From an uncultured Synergistales bacterium (GTDB lineage Bacteria; Synergistota; Synergistia; Synergistales; JAFGMB01), in NCBI GenBank assembly GCA_964519285.1, contig CAZFJG010000001.1:664-64663 (forward strand): a stretch of 64,000 nt of DNA, given 5' to 3'. The notes beneath the pieces are model-generated. The model had not been told where the DNA came from, did no database searches, and was given only the letters and a program-made list of their open reading frames with translations. Positions 44,551 through 53,489 of this stretch are shown here, in pieces; within the stretch, counting starts at the first letter, position 1, and every line of letters starts with the position of its first letter. A program made the translations under genes and the position numbers.

Positions 44551-45327
44551 TTGATGTATCCGGTACTTTTCAAGATCTGGGGAATACCAATTCACAGCTA
44601 TTATGTCATATGGGCTCTGGCCCTTTCTGCAGGTCTGGCAGGAACCAGGTCGAGGTCTGTAAAAATATATGGCCTGGAAGATGAAGTTGTAAGGAGAACT
44701 TTGATCCTTGCCTTCGTTGGAATGCTTGTTGGTGCAAGGATTGGTGGTTATTTCGATCACTGGTCCTATTATGTCCAGAATCCAGAGGATATACTTAATC
44801 CTCTTAAAGGTGCTCTTTCATCGACAACAGCTTTTCTTGGCGCCGGTCTTGCTGCGATATTTTACTTCAGAAAACGAAACTTAAGAGTTTCACAACTCGC
44901 TGAGGCAGCGAGTATTCCCGCGGCTTTAACTGTAGCAATTGGTCGTTTGGGGTGTTTCCTGAACGGTTGCTGTCTGGGAGTACCCACAGATCATTTCCTG
45001 GGAGTTTCCTTTCCAGGTGACAGGGGACTTGTTTTCAGGCATCCTGTTCAGTTATATTACAGTGCCGGTGCTCTGCTGGTATTTTTTCTTCTTTATACAG
45101 CTGAAAAGAGGATCAATGCAGTCTATGATCCTTTTAAAAGATCTTCAGTGCTTTGGCCTCTTTTCATGATATTATATGGTTTAATGAGGTTTTTTCTGGA
45201 TTTTCTCAGGGAAGGTGACAGAATAGCGGGCCTGAGAACAGCGCAGATAGTTGGTATTGGCGTCATATTTGTTGGATTTGCCTGGATTTCTGTAAGTATG
45301 AAACATAACAGAAGATCTTGTAATTGA
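44551..45327 (+). CDS. lgt: Prolipoprotein diacylglyceryl transferase family protein
   Basis: 258 aa polytopic membrane protein with IPIHSYYVIWALAL, GARIGGYFDHW and AIGRLGCFLNGCCLGVPT. Confidence 0.7.
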   Translation: MMYPVLFKIWGIPIHSYYVIWALALSAGLAGTRSRSVKIYGLEDEVVRRTLILAFVGMLVGARIGGYFDHWSYYVQNPEDILNPLKGALSSTTAFLGAGLAAIFYFRKRNLRVSQLAEAASIPAALTVAIGRLGCFLNGCCLGVPTDHFLGVSFPGDRGLVFRHPVQLYYSAGALLVFFLLYTAEKRINAVYDPFKRSSVLWPLFMILYGLMRFFLDFLREGDRIAGLRTAQIVGIGVIFVGFAWISVSMKHNRRSCN

Positions 45328-45518
45328 CCTTTATCTTAATTCATAACCAGTAAATTACTTCTTTTTCATTCCTCTCTCCACTTAAATGTATTATCTATTT
45401 TCTCGAATTAACATTTCCTTTGGAGTTCTCAGTTTCCGCTTTCCGTAAAATATACGATGTTATTCAAGCCTTTCTGATTTAACCTTAATGTGTTCAATTT
45501 TATTGGAGGTGAATAACA

Positions 45519-46919
45519 GTGAAAAATATAATTAAAAGAAGGGCATTAACATGTTTATCAGTTTTATTTGCTCTTGTAGCGGTGACTGTTATTGTTCCAG
45601 GTTCGGCTTTTGCAATTGATGTTTTTTCCGGCAACCCAATAGCTGACATAGCCAGGGAAAGTTCACCAGCTGTGGTTAACATCGATGTAGAAGCAACGGT
45701 GACAAGATCAATTGCACCTTTTCCCGATGATCCTTTTTTCAGGAAATTTTTCGGAGAGGAATTTGAGAGGTTTAAGAGATCAGTGCCAATGAAGGGGAGA
45801 GGTTCCGGGTTTATCGTATCTGATGATGGCGAAATAATAACTAACAGTCATGTTATCGAGAATGCTGACAGGATCGAAGTCACTCTTTCAGATGGCAGAA
45901 AATATGAAGCCCATGTCCTTGGCAAAGATCCTACTTTTGACCTCGCTGTTCTTAAGATTAAAGCAGAAAATTTACCTGTTCTGGAGCTTGGAGATTCTGA
46001 TAAACTTCAGGTTGGAGAATGGGTAGTGGCCATTGGAAATCCCTTTGGTCTTGAACACACAGTAACAGCTGGGGTGGTCTCTGCGAAAAACAGAAGCATT
46101 CACGCCGGCAATGTTAATTTTGAGGGTTTTCTACAGACTGATGCTGCTATCAATCCTGGAAACAGTGGCGGTCCCCTTATTGATCTTAAGGGCAGGGTAG
46201 TCGGTATAAACAGTGCTATTATACCCTATGCTCAGGGCATAGGGTTTGCTATACCGGTGAACATGGCAAAAGACATAATGGAAGATCTTGTAAAATATGG
46301 CAAGGTCAGAAGGGGATGGCTCGGTGTTTACGTTCAGCCCCTTACTGCTGAATTCAGAGAAGCTTATGGCCTTTCATTTGAAAAAGGTGCAGTTATTAGC
46401 GATGTTGTGAAAGGATCTCCAGCTGATGAGGCAGGTCTTGAACGTGGAGATGTTATCAGGACTGTCAACGGTAGAGAAATAGATGATCACAGACAGCTTG
46501 TATCTGTAATCAGGCAGTCTCTTGCTGGAGATAAAGTCAAGATTGGAATTTTTAGAGATGGAAAAGAGATTAAGATCGACGTAGTTCTCGGTGAGGTTGA
46601 AGAAGCTTCTACGGAAGAAGCAACAGGTGGAGGAACCAGTCTTTCTTCGGTAGGTATAGCGTTAAGTCCTGTAAACGAAGATCTCAAAAAGGAATACGAT
46701 CTTGAAACTGACAGAGGTGCAGTTGTAACAGAGGTAACTCCCGGTTCACCTGCGGACAGGGCAGGAATAAAGACCGGAGATGTTATCCTTGAGATAAACG
46801 GCAGGAAGCTGCTGAGGCTTGGAGACTATCGCAAACTTGAACTTGAAAATGCAAAATCGGCAGTAATGCTGGTATTGAGAGATCAAAGGACCTTTTTCAT
46901 ATCAATGTCCCTGCGATAA
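45519..46919 (+). CDS. htrA: HtrA/DegP-family periplasmic serine protease with two PDZ domains
   Basis: 466 aa with a GTG start after ggaggtg. Has a signal/TM segment and the triad context TNSHV, DLAVLKI and GNSGGPL. Two PDZ-like segments are present (GSPADEAGLERGDVI and GSPADRAGIKTGDVI). Confidence 0.92.
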   Translation: MKNIIKRRALTCLSVLFALVAVTVIVPGSAFAIDVFSGNPIADIARESSPAVVNIDVEATVTRSIAPFPDDPFFRKFFGEEFERFKRSVPMKGRGSGFIVSDDGEIITNSHVIENADRIEVTLSDGRKYEAHVLGKDPTFDLAVLKIKAENLPVLELGDSDKLQVGEWVVAIGNPFGLEHTVTAGVVSAKNRSIHAGNVNFEGFLQTDAAINPGNSGGPLIDLKGRVVGINSAIIPYAQGIGFAIPVNMAKDIMEDLVKYGKVRRGWLGVYVQPLTAEFREAYGLSFEKGAVISDVVKGSPADEAGLERGDVIRTVNGREIDDHRQLVSVIRQSLAGDKVKIGIFRDGKEIKIDVVLGEVEEASTEEATGGGTSLSSVGIALSPVNEDLKKEYDLETDRGAVVTEVTPGSPADRAGIKTGDVILEINGRKLLRLGDYRKLELENAKSAVMLVLRDQRTFFISMSLR

Positions 46920-46933
46920 TATTTTTTCCACAT

Positions 46934-46978
46934 CAGCATAAAAGATGAGGCCCTTGAAGGGCCTCATCTTTTATGCTG
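46934..46978. terminator. Bidirectional terminator shared by the convergent htrA and response regulator genes
   Basis: A perfect 20-bp inverted repeat (cagcataaaagatgaggccc / gggcctcatcttttatgctg) with loop ttgaa. Internal A/T runs are present on both arms. Confidence 0.85.
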
Positions 46979-47021
46979 ATAAAATTCGTCAAGACAGTTG
47001 CAGATATATATCCCTTGAACT

Positions 47022-47699
47022 TTAGTGCCAGTCAGGACATGAAACCTTGTAACCAACGCCTCTGACCGTCACTACTATCCTGTCGTAATCGTTGATCCTG
47101 AGTTTGTCTCTGAGATATTTTATATGTACATCAACAACGTTGCTTGTGCCGTCATATTCTTTCTGCCATACCTGGGATATTATCTGCTCCCTGGTAAAAA
47201 CCTGATTTTCGTTGTTCATGAGGAATTCAAGAATGTCAAATTCTCTTCTTCTCAAGTTCACTGTCTTGCTGTCAATCCTGCATTCTCTGGCTACTGGATC
47301 CAGGAACAGATCTCCACACTGACGCACAGGATGTTTATCTCCCCTGTATCTTCTTGTTACTGCTTTTATCCTGGCCAGAAGTTCTCTGAAATCAAAGGGT
47401 TTAAGCAGAAAATCGTCAGCACCGTTCTCGAAAGCAATGACTTTTTCTTCTATTGTATCTTTTGCTGAAATAATAATTATCGGTATCTGGTTGTTGTCTC
47501 TCAGTTGCTCAATGAACTGGAGTCCGTCAAGTCCAGGAAGCATAATGTCCATTAGTATACAGTCAAGGTCCTGCGAGAGGGCAAGTTCAGCCGCTTTTTT
47601 CCCGTCGGTGCAGATCTCAACCTGAATATCCCTGTTCTGGAAATCCTCCTGAATTATTTTATTTAAACTCTCATCACTGTCTAATACAAGTATTTTCAT
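47022..47699 (-). CDS. OmpR/PhoB-family response regulator (no cognate histidine kinase adjacent)
   Basis: 225 aa. The receiver has LVLDSDES, the phospho-acceptor context ILMDIMLPGLDG, SAKD and LLKPF. The winged-helix output has LRRREFDILEFL...VRGVGYK. Confidence 0.9.
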   Translation of the reverse strand: MKILVLDSDESLNKIIQEDFQNRDIQVEICTDGKKAAELALSQDLDCILMDIMLPGLDGLQFIEQLRDNNQIPIIIISAKDTIEEKVIAFENGADDFLLKPFDFRELLARIKAVTRRYRGDKHPVRQCGDLFLDPVARECRIDSKTVNLRRREFDILEFLMNNENQVFTREQIISQVWQKEYDGTSNVVDVHIKYLRDKLRINDYDRIVVTVRGVGYKVSCPDWH

Positions 47700-47964
47700 G
47701 GTCTCACCTCCCTGAAAAAAGAAATTACATATCTATTAATTATAGTTAACAAGTATATTAAAGCATAATTCAATAATAATGTCGAGACCCTCTGAAAAGC
47801 TGTCATGTTAAATAGTGTATTTTATTTATGTCAGGATTTATTACTAAATATATTTTTCTTGCAAGAAAGGAAGTACAATGATAGTATCTTTTGTACCCTC
47901 TACTAGGTTTGACATATCAGTCTTTCTTGGTTACGGGAATTTGTGTCGAAAGGTGAGAAACTAT

Positions 47965-48231
47965 ATGATAAACAAGGATAAGAAACAGGGAATAATAGAG
48001 GAATACCGCACTCATAATGCCGATACCGGGTCAGCTGAAGTGCAGGTTGCTATGCTTAGCCAGAGGATCAGGGAGCTAACGGAGCATCTTAAGGTCCATA
48101 AGAAGGATTTCCATTCAAGGCGTGGTCTTCTGAAAATGGTTGGAAGAAGGAGAAGACTTCTCAGATATCTTAGACAAAAAGATTTTAACCGTTATAAGAC
48201 ATTGATAGAAAAGCTGGGTCTCAGACACTGA
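47965..48231 (+). CDS. rpsO: 30S ribosomal protein S15 (uS15)
   Basis: The track ORF starts at 47878. ATG 47965 lies 8 nt after aggtgag and gives an 88-aa protein. Contains [45 protein letters not shown]. Confidence 0.94.
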   Translation: MINKDKKQGIIEEYRTHNADTGSAEVQVAMLSQRIRELTEHLKVHKKDFHSRRGLLKMVGRRRRLLRYLRQKDFNRYKTLIEKLGLRH

Positions 48232-48249
48232 TATTGAAATAAACTTCAA

Positions 48250-48279
48250 TGCGGGGGCATTTGCCCTCGCATTTTTTTT
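48250..48279 (+). terminator. Rho-independent terminator/attenuator between rpsO and pnp
   Basis: tgcggggg catttg ccctcgca forms an 8-bp stem with one G-U pair and is followed by tttttttt. Confidence 0.8.
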
Positions 48280-48343
48280 ACTGTCTGTGTTATTCTTGGT
48301 GATATAAATAGAGGAATGAAAAAATAGAGGAGGAAAACAAAGT

Positions 48344-50614
48344 ATGAACAAAACTTATTCTTTAAGAATAGGAGATCAGGATCTGGTCTTTGAATTTGGC
48401 CGTATGGCTAAGCAGGCAAATGGTTCTTTATTGTGTAGACAGGGAGATACTACTATTCTAACAACAGCCTGTGTAACTGATAAACCAAGGGAAGGACTTG
48501 ATTTTTTCCCTTTACTGGTTGATTTTGAGGAACGTTTTTACTCTGCAGGAAAGATCCCTGGAGGTTTTATCAAGAGAGAAGGACGTCCTTCAGAAACTGC
48601 AGTTTTAAGTGCAAGAGTGATTGACAGATCCATACGTTCCCTCTTTGAAGAATGGATGAGACATGATGTACATGTAGTGACAACAGTTCTTTCAGTTGAT
48701 CAGAAAAATTCTCCCAGTGTTATGGGTATAAACGCCACATCAGTTGCCTTGATGGTTTCAGACATACCCTGGAACGGACCTGTGGGTGCTGTGAAAATAG
48801 GCATGATCGAAGGAAAACTTATTGTAAATCCCTCAGAAGATGCAATGGAGAATAGCAGTCTTGATCTCGTTGTTGCAGGTCATGCCGAAGGAGTCACAAT
48901 GGTTGAGGCAGGAGCTGTAGAGGTCGACGAAGATATTATGATAGATGCCCTTGAACTTGCCCAGCAGGAGATACTGAAGATAGTAAGAATGCAGGAGCAG
49001 ATAAGAGAAGAGATCGGTAAACCCAAGATAGAACTTGAAAGACCAGTGATATTCGAGGATATTGATCAGTGGATAATGTCAAATCAGATGGATGAGATCA
49101 GGGAAGCAGTAATGATCCACGACAAAAAGGTAAGAGGATCCAAAATTTCAGGGATAACAGACAGGGCAGTTGAGCATTTTGCTGAGGATTACCCTGAATC
49201 TTCAAAGTATATCTCCGGCAAAGTGGAAGATTATGTCAAAAAGGCTATGCGGTCAATAATCCTTGAAGAAAGTATAAGATCAGACGGAAGAAAAATGGAC
49301 GAAATAAGACCCATAGCTTGTGAAGTAGGTGTTTTGCCCCGTGTCCACGGGTCAGCCCTGTTCACGAGGGGAGAAACCCAGTCTCTTGCTACAACAACAC
49401 TTGGAATGTCCGGGGAAGATGACCAGATCCTCGATGGTCTCAAGGAGAATGAGCCTGCCAAAAGCTTCCTCCTGCATTATAACTTTCCGCCCTATTCTGT
49501 GGGTGAAGTAAAACCAATGAGAGGTCCAGGAAGAAGGGAAATTGGCCATGGAGCACTTGCCGAAAAGGCATTGAAACCATTGATACCTTCTTCTGAGGAT
49601 TTCCCCTACGTGGTTAGGGTAGTGTCAGATATTCTTGAATCTAACGGTTCAAGTTCCCAGGCTTCCATATGTGGTGGCAGTCTGGCCCTTATGAATGCAG
49701 GTGTTCCTATCCGGTCCCATGTTGCCGGAATTGCCATGGGATTGATAAAAGAAGGGGATAAAGTTAAGATCCTTACCGATATTCAGGGTCTGGAGGACCA
49801 TTACGGAGACATGGACTTTAAAGTAGCAGGTACCCGTAAAGGCATAACTGCACTTCAGATGGATAATAAAGCCGGTGGAATTACCCGGGAGGTCTTGAAC
49901 AGTGCACTGGGGCAGGCGAAAGAGGGAAGGCTTTTCATCCTCGAAAAAATGGAGAGTGCAATAAGCAATCCTTCAGGTCTTTCAGAACTGGCTCCGAAGA
50001 TCCTGGTCATGAACATCAATCCGGAAAAGATCAGGGATATTATTGGCCCCGGAGGAAAAACGATCAGAAGTATAACCCAGGAAACCGGAGTGAAAATGAA
50101 CGTTGATGATACGGGTGAAGTGTATATCTCTGCCACATGTCAGAGTGATCTCGATGCAGCTGTGGCAAAGGTAGAGGCTTTGACAAAGGACATAGAAGCT
50201 GGTGAGGTCTACCTTGGTACAGTAACGAGACTGATGAACTTTGGTGCCTTTGTGGAGCTTCTGCCCGGCAAGGAAGGCCTTCTGCATATAAGCGAGATAA
50301 GCAAACACAGAGTTCCCAAGGTCGATGATGTTCTTTCTCCTGGTGACAATGTTCTCGTTATAGTTAAAGAGATAGACGACATGAAAAGGGTCAATCTTTC
50401 CAGAAGGAGGATCATGGCAGATGAGGCAAAGATCAAGGAAGCTGGCCTCGAATCCTTTATGGAGACTGAAATCGAACGTGAAAGGGAGATCGAAAAGATA
50501 GCAGAATCTTCAAAGGGAGAAGAACCAGAAAGGGAAGATAAAAACAGGGACAGAAATTCCCGAGGTAGAGGTCCCAGAAGAAGTTCATCAAACGACAGAA
50601 AAAAGAATCAGTAA
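48344..50614 (+). CDS. pnp: Polyribonucleotide nucleotidyltransferase (PNPase)
   Basis: 756 aa with two RNase PH domains, a KH domain (IIGPGGKTIRSI) and an S1 domain (GEVYLGTVTRLMNFGAFVELLPGKEGLLHISE). Has a charged C-terminal extension of about 45 residues. Confidence 0.96.
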   Translation: MNKTYSLRIGDQDLVFEFGRMAKQANGSLLCRQGDTTILTTACVTDKPREGLDFFPLLVDFEERFYSAGKIPGGFIKREGRPSETAVLSARVIDRSIRSLFEEWMRHDVHVVTTVLSVDQKNSPSVMGINATSVALMVSDIPWNGPVGAVKIGMIEGKLIVNPSEDAMENSSLDLVVAGHAEGVTMVEAGAVEVDEDIMIDALELAQQEILKIVRMQEQIREEIGKPKIELERPVIFEDIDQWIMSNQMDEIREAVMIHDKKVRGSKISGITDRAVEHFAEDYPESSKYISGKVEDYVKKAMRSIILEESIRSDGRKMDEIRPIACEVGVLPRVHGSALFTRGETQSLATTTLGMSGEDDQILDGLKENEPAKSFLLHYNFPPYSVGEVKPMRGPGRREIGHGALAEKALKPLIPSSEDFPYVVRVVSDILESNGSSSQASICGGSLALMNAGVPIRSHVAGIAMGLIKEGDKVKILTDIQGLEDHYGDMDFKVAGTRKGITALQMDNKAGGITREVLNSALGQAKEGRLFILEKMESAISNPSGLSELAPKILVMNINPEKIRDIIGPGGKTIRSITQETGVKMNVDDTGEVYISATCQSDLDAAVAKVEALTKDIEAGEVYLGTVTRLMNFGAFVELLPGKEGLLHISEISKHRVPKVDDVLSPGDNVLVIVKEIDDMKRVNLSRRRIMADEAKIKEAGLESFMETEIEREREIEKIAESSKGEEPEREDKNRDRNSRGRGPRRSSSNDRKKNQ

Positions 50615-50636
50615 ATATTAAGAGGATAAACAACCG

Positions 50637-51086
50637 ATGATAAATGATGTCATAGTAAAGGTTTTGAGGGAAAAGGACATCCCTATGCCGAGGTATTCAA
50701 GTAAAGATGCGGCAGGTGTTGACATATCTGCTGCAGAGAATTTGCTTATAGAACCGGGAAACTTTGCACTCGTTCCTACAGGGCTGTGGCTGGCGATACC
50801 TCCAGGTTACGAAGCACAGCTGAGGCCCAGAAGTGGATTGGCCCTTAAACATGGAATTACTGTACTGAATTCTCCTGGTACTATTGATTCTGACTACAGG
50901 GGTGAGATAGGTGTGATCCTGATGAATCACGGCAAATCCACCTTTAAGGTGTCAAAAGGTGACAGAATAGCACAGATGGTTATTTCTCCTGTAAGGCAAT
51001 GTCGCTTCGAAGACTGTGACGAGCTTCCTCCTTCTGAAAGGGGAGAGGGTGGCTTTGGAAGCACCGGTCTGAATATTGAAGGTTGA
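50637..51086 (+). CDS. dut: dUTP diphosphatase
   Basis: 149 aa with AAGVDI, RPRSGLALKHG, GTIDSDYRGEI and GGFGSTG. Confidence 0.93.
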   Translation: MINDVIVKVLREKDIPMPRYSSKDAAGVDISAAENLLIEPGNFALVPTGLWLAIPPGYEAQLRPRSGLALKHGITVLNSPGTIDSDYRGEIGVILMNHGKSTFKVSKGDRIAQMVISPVRQCRFEDCDELPPSERGEGGFGSTGLNIEG

Positions 51087-51110
51087 CAAAGGGTCCTTTT
51101 TTAGTATAAC
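51083..51110 (+). promoter_or_regulatory. Candidate promoter of the thrS T-box leader
   Basis: TTGACA (51083-51088, overlapping the dut stop), a 16-nt spacer, then TATAAC (51105-51110). Confidence 0.5.
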
Positions 51111-51116
51111 CTGATT

Positions 51117-51373
51117 AAATCAGAAATATATGTGGCAATGAAGGGAAGAGTAGCTGTTCCAACCTGTATACAGAGAAGTTGATCCAGGCTGAGAATCAAC
51201 TTGCGGGAGATCAGTGAAAACCATCCCAGAGCCTGTGCCGAAGCCTTAAAGGATAAGGCACACGGGGTTCGCCCGTTACAGCGAGCTAACGAGAGTCGGC
51301 CCCCGTGGCCGGAACTGGAGTGGAAACGCGGTAAAGCCTGTATCGTCTCCGAAATTGACGATCCAGGCTTTTT
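51117..51373 (+). promoter_or_regulatory. T-box riboswitch leader (Thr specifier ACC) controlling thrS
   Basis: The Stem I base pairs GGGA (51143-51146) with TCCC (51224-51227). Also present: AGAGTAG (S-turn/AGTA-like), the AGAGA box (51172-51176), the specifier context GTGAAAACCA with ACC at 51220-51222 followed by a purine, and the F-box CCGTTA (51273-51278). The T-box core is ggagTGGAaaCGCGgt (51317-51332). The terminator is at 51336-51373. Confidence 0.85.
51336..51373 (+). terminator. Intrinsic terminator of the T-box leader
   Basis: gcctgtatcgtc pairs with gacgatccaggc (12 bp, one mismatch), with a 9-nt loop followed by ttttt. It ends 18 nt before the thrS ATG. Confidence 0.8.
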
Positions 51374-51390
51374 GTATGGAGGGGATACAG

Positions 51391-53289
51391 ATGTTGGAAT
51401 ATAGAGATCAGAATGGAAAGGTCTTACAGGAAGAAAAAGCTCTTACGGCAGGAGAGATCCTGAAAAAACTGAAACAGGATAAAGGTGTAGTAGCTGTCAG
51501 AGTTAATGGAGAAGCCAGAGACTTTAATTCCAGGGTAGAAGAAGATGCTCTTTTGGAGCCCATAAAAGGTGATGTTCAAGAAGGGCTTGAAATTATCAGG
51601 CACTCAACAGCACATCTTATGGCCCAGGCAGTACAGAATCTTTATCCAGGTGCCAGATTCGGAATAGGGCCGGCTATAGAGGAAGGTTATTACTACGATA
51701 TTGAATTGCCGGATAAAATATCTGAGGATGACCTTCCGACTATTGAAAAGGAAATGAGAAGAATAATAAAAAAAGCTGTTCCTGTGGAGCGAATCGTAAT
51801 GTCCAAAGAGGAAGCTCTTGATTTCTTCAGGGAGAAAGATGAGATCTACAAGACCGAACTTATTGAGGAAATCGAGGCTGATTCTGTTTCGGTTTACAGA
51901 CAGGGTGACTACGCAGACCTTTGCAGGGGACCTCATGTAAAGAATACATCAGCTCTGGGACATTTCAAACTTTTGTCAGTCGCCGGAGCTTACTGGAGAG
52001 GCAGCGAAAACAACATTATGCTGACCCGAATCTACGGTACTGCCTTCAATGATGCTGAAAGCCTGGACAGATACCTCAAAAGAGTTGAAGAAGCCAAAAA
52101 GAGAGATCACAGGAAGATCGGAAAGGCTCTCGATCTTTTCAGTCTTCAGCCTGAGGGGCCTGGATTCCCTTTTTTCCATCCCCGGGGAATGGTGATTTTG
52201 AACAAGCTTACGGATTTCTGGAGAAAGGTCCATGTAAAGGCAGGTTACTCTGAGATCAAGACACCTCTGATCCTTGACAGAGATCTCTGGATCCGTTCAG
52301 GTCACTGGGATCACTACAGGGAAAACATGTATTTTACTGAGATAGATGAACGACCTTTTGCCATAAAGCCGATGAACTGTCCAGGTGGGATTCTCGTTTA
52401 TAATAACCAGGTCCATAGCTACAGAGATCTCCCTCTCAGGATGGGAGAATTGGGCACAGTTCACAGGCATGAAAAATCCGGAGTTCTTCACGGTCTAATG
52501 AGGGTCAGGTGTTTTACACAGGATGATGCCCACATTTACTGTGAACCTCATCAGGTCACCGACGAGATAATCAAGATAATGAATCTGTCCAGATATATAT
52601 ATCAGGACGTATTTGGCTTTGACTACCATGTGGAACTTTCGACAAGACCTGAGAACGCTATGGGAGATGTTGCCATGTGGGATGAGGCCGAAAGATCTCT
52701 TGAAGATGCCCTCAGGCACACAGGAATAGACTATAAGCTGAATCCTGGAGATGGAGCTTTTTACGGGCCCAAGATCGATTCTCACCTAATGGATTGTATA
52801 GGGAGAACCTGGCAGTGCGGAACCTGTCAGCTTGATTTCCAGATGCCAGAAAGATTTGACCTTAACTACATAGGAAAGGATGGGGAGCAGCATCGCCCCG
52901 TTATGTTACACAGGACCATTCTTGGAAGTCTTGAACGATTCTTTGGTATTCTCATCGAGCATTTTGCCGGAGCATTTCCTTACTGGATAGCTCCTGTTCA
53001 GGTAAAGATTCTTCCGGTAAATGACAATGTACTTGATTATGTTGCAGACCTGGCAGAAAAGCTTAAATCCTGGAATGTCAGGATAGAAACTGACATAAGG
53101 GACGAAAAACTCGGGAAAAAGATAAGAGACGCCCAGATGGAAAAAGTCCCCTACATGCTGGTTATCGGGGACAAGGAAGTTGAAAACGGCAAGGTTTCGG
53201 TAAGGGAAAGAAAAGAGGGTGATCTTGGTACAATGTCAGTTGAAGGTCTGAAGGCAAAATTGGATCAGGAATTTGACCCAATGAAATAA
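51391..53289 (+). CDS. thrS: Threonine--tRNA ligase
   Basis: The track ORF starts at 51355, inside the terminator. ATG 51391 follows ggagggg. Has a TGS-like N-terminus, a second additional domain (HSTAHLMAQA) and class II core motifs (FRHE-like HRHEKSG, HRTILGSLERF). Confidence 0.95.
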   Translation: MLEYRDQNGKVLQEEKALTAGEILKKLKQDKGVVAVRVNGEARDFNSRVEEDALLEPIKGDVQEGLEIIRHSTAHLMAQAVQNLYPGARFGIGPAIEEGYYYDIELPDKISEDDLPTIEKEMRRIIKKAVPVERIVMSKEEALDFFREKDEIYKTELIEEIEADSVSVYRQGDYADLCRGPHVKNTSALGHFKLLSVAGAYWRGSENNIMLTRIYGTAFNDAESLDRYLKRVEEAKKRDHRKIGKALDLFSLQPEGPGFPFFHPRGMVILNKLTDFWRKVHVKAGYSEIKTPLILDRDLWIRSGHWDHYRENMYFTEIDERPFAIKPMNCPGGILVYNNQVHSYRDLPLRMGELGTVHRHEKSGVLHGLMRVRCFTQDDAHIYCEPHQVTDEIIKIMNLSRYIYQDVFGFDYHVELSTRPENAMGDVAMWDEAERSLEDALRHTGIDYKLNPGDGAFYGPKIDSHLMDCIGRTWQCGTCQLDFQMPERFDLNYIGKDGEQHRPVMLHRTILGSLERFFGILIEHFAGAFPYWIAPVQVKILPVNDNVLDYVADLAEKLKSWNVRIETDIRDEKLGKKIRDAQMEKVPYMLVIGDKEVENGKVSVRERKEGDLGTMSVEGLKAKLDQEFDPMK

Positions 53290-53298
53290 ACTGGACCA

Positions 53299-53327
53299 TT
53301 GAATTATGTTGTCCAGTATGGTATATT
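53299..53327 (+). promoter_or_regulatory. Candidate promoter of the infC-rpmI-rplT leader
   Basis: TTGAAT (53299-53304), a 17-nt spacer, then the extended -10 TGgTATATT (53319-53327). Confidence 0.45.
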
Positions 53328-53435
53328 TTTCAGGTTTCAGATTATAATAAAGTGCAAGTAGAGGGTTCGACCTCTCGCCTTTTGACGCAAATGCAGTTAA
53401 AAAGGCCAATTCTCAGAAATGTAAAAGCTATTTCG

Positions 53436-53472
53436 AGAGAGTCGGATCGTGTATCCGACTCTCTTTATTTTT
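53436..53472 (+). terminator. Leader terminator/attenuator immediately upstream of infC (L20-leader-like position)
   Basis: A perfect 12-bp stem (agagagtcggat / atccgactctct) with loop cgtgt, followed by ttatttttc. It ends 5 nt before the infC SD ggaggtg. Confidence 0.75.
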
Positions 53473-53489
53473 CATGGAGGTGAAGTGCT

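Noticed and set aside
48307-48331. Direct repeat AATAGAGGA ... AATAGAGGA upstream of pnp.
   Set aside because: The second copy is simply part of the pnp SD (aatagaggagg). A 9-nt purine-rich duplication in an AT-rich spacer is likely chance. No further structure was seen.
50470-50614. Charged C-terminal extension of PNPase (EREREIEK...RDRNSRGRGPRRSSSNDRKKNQ), considered as a possible fused or frameshifted extra gene.
   Set aside because: It is continuous in frame with the S1 domain and has low-complexity basic/acidic composition typical of lineage-specific tails. There is no sign of a separate ORF or frameshift.
51201-51404. 67-aa plus-strand ORF between dut and thrS.
   Set aside because: It runs through the T-box leader, covering the F-box, T-box core and terminator. 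The RNA elements explain the region, and there is no SD.
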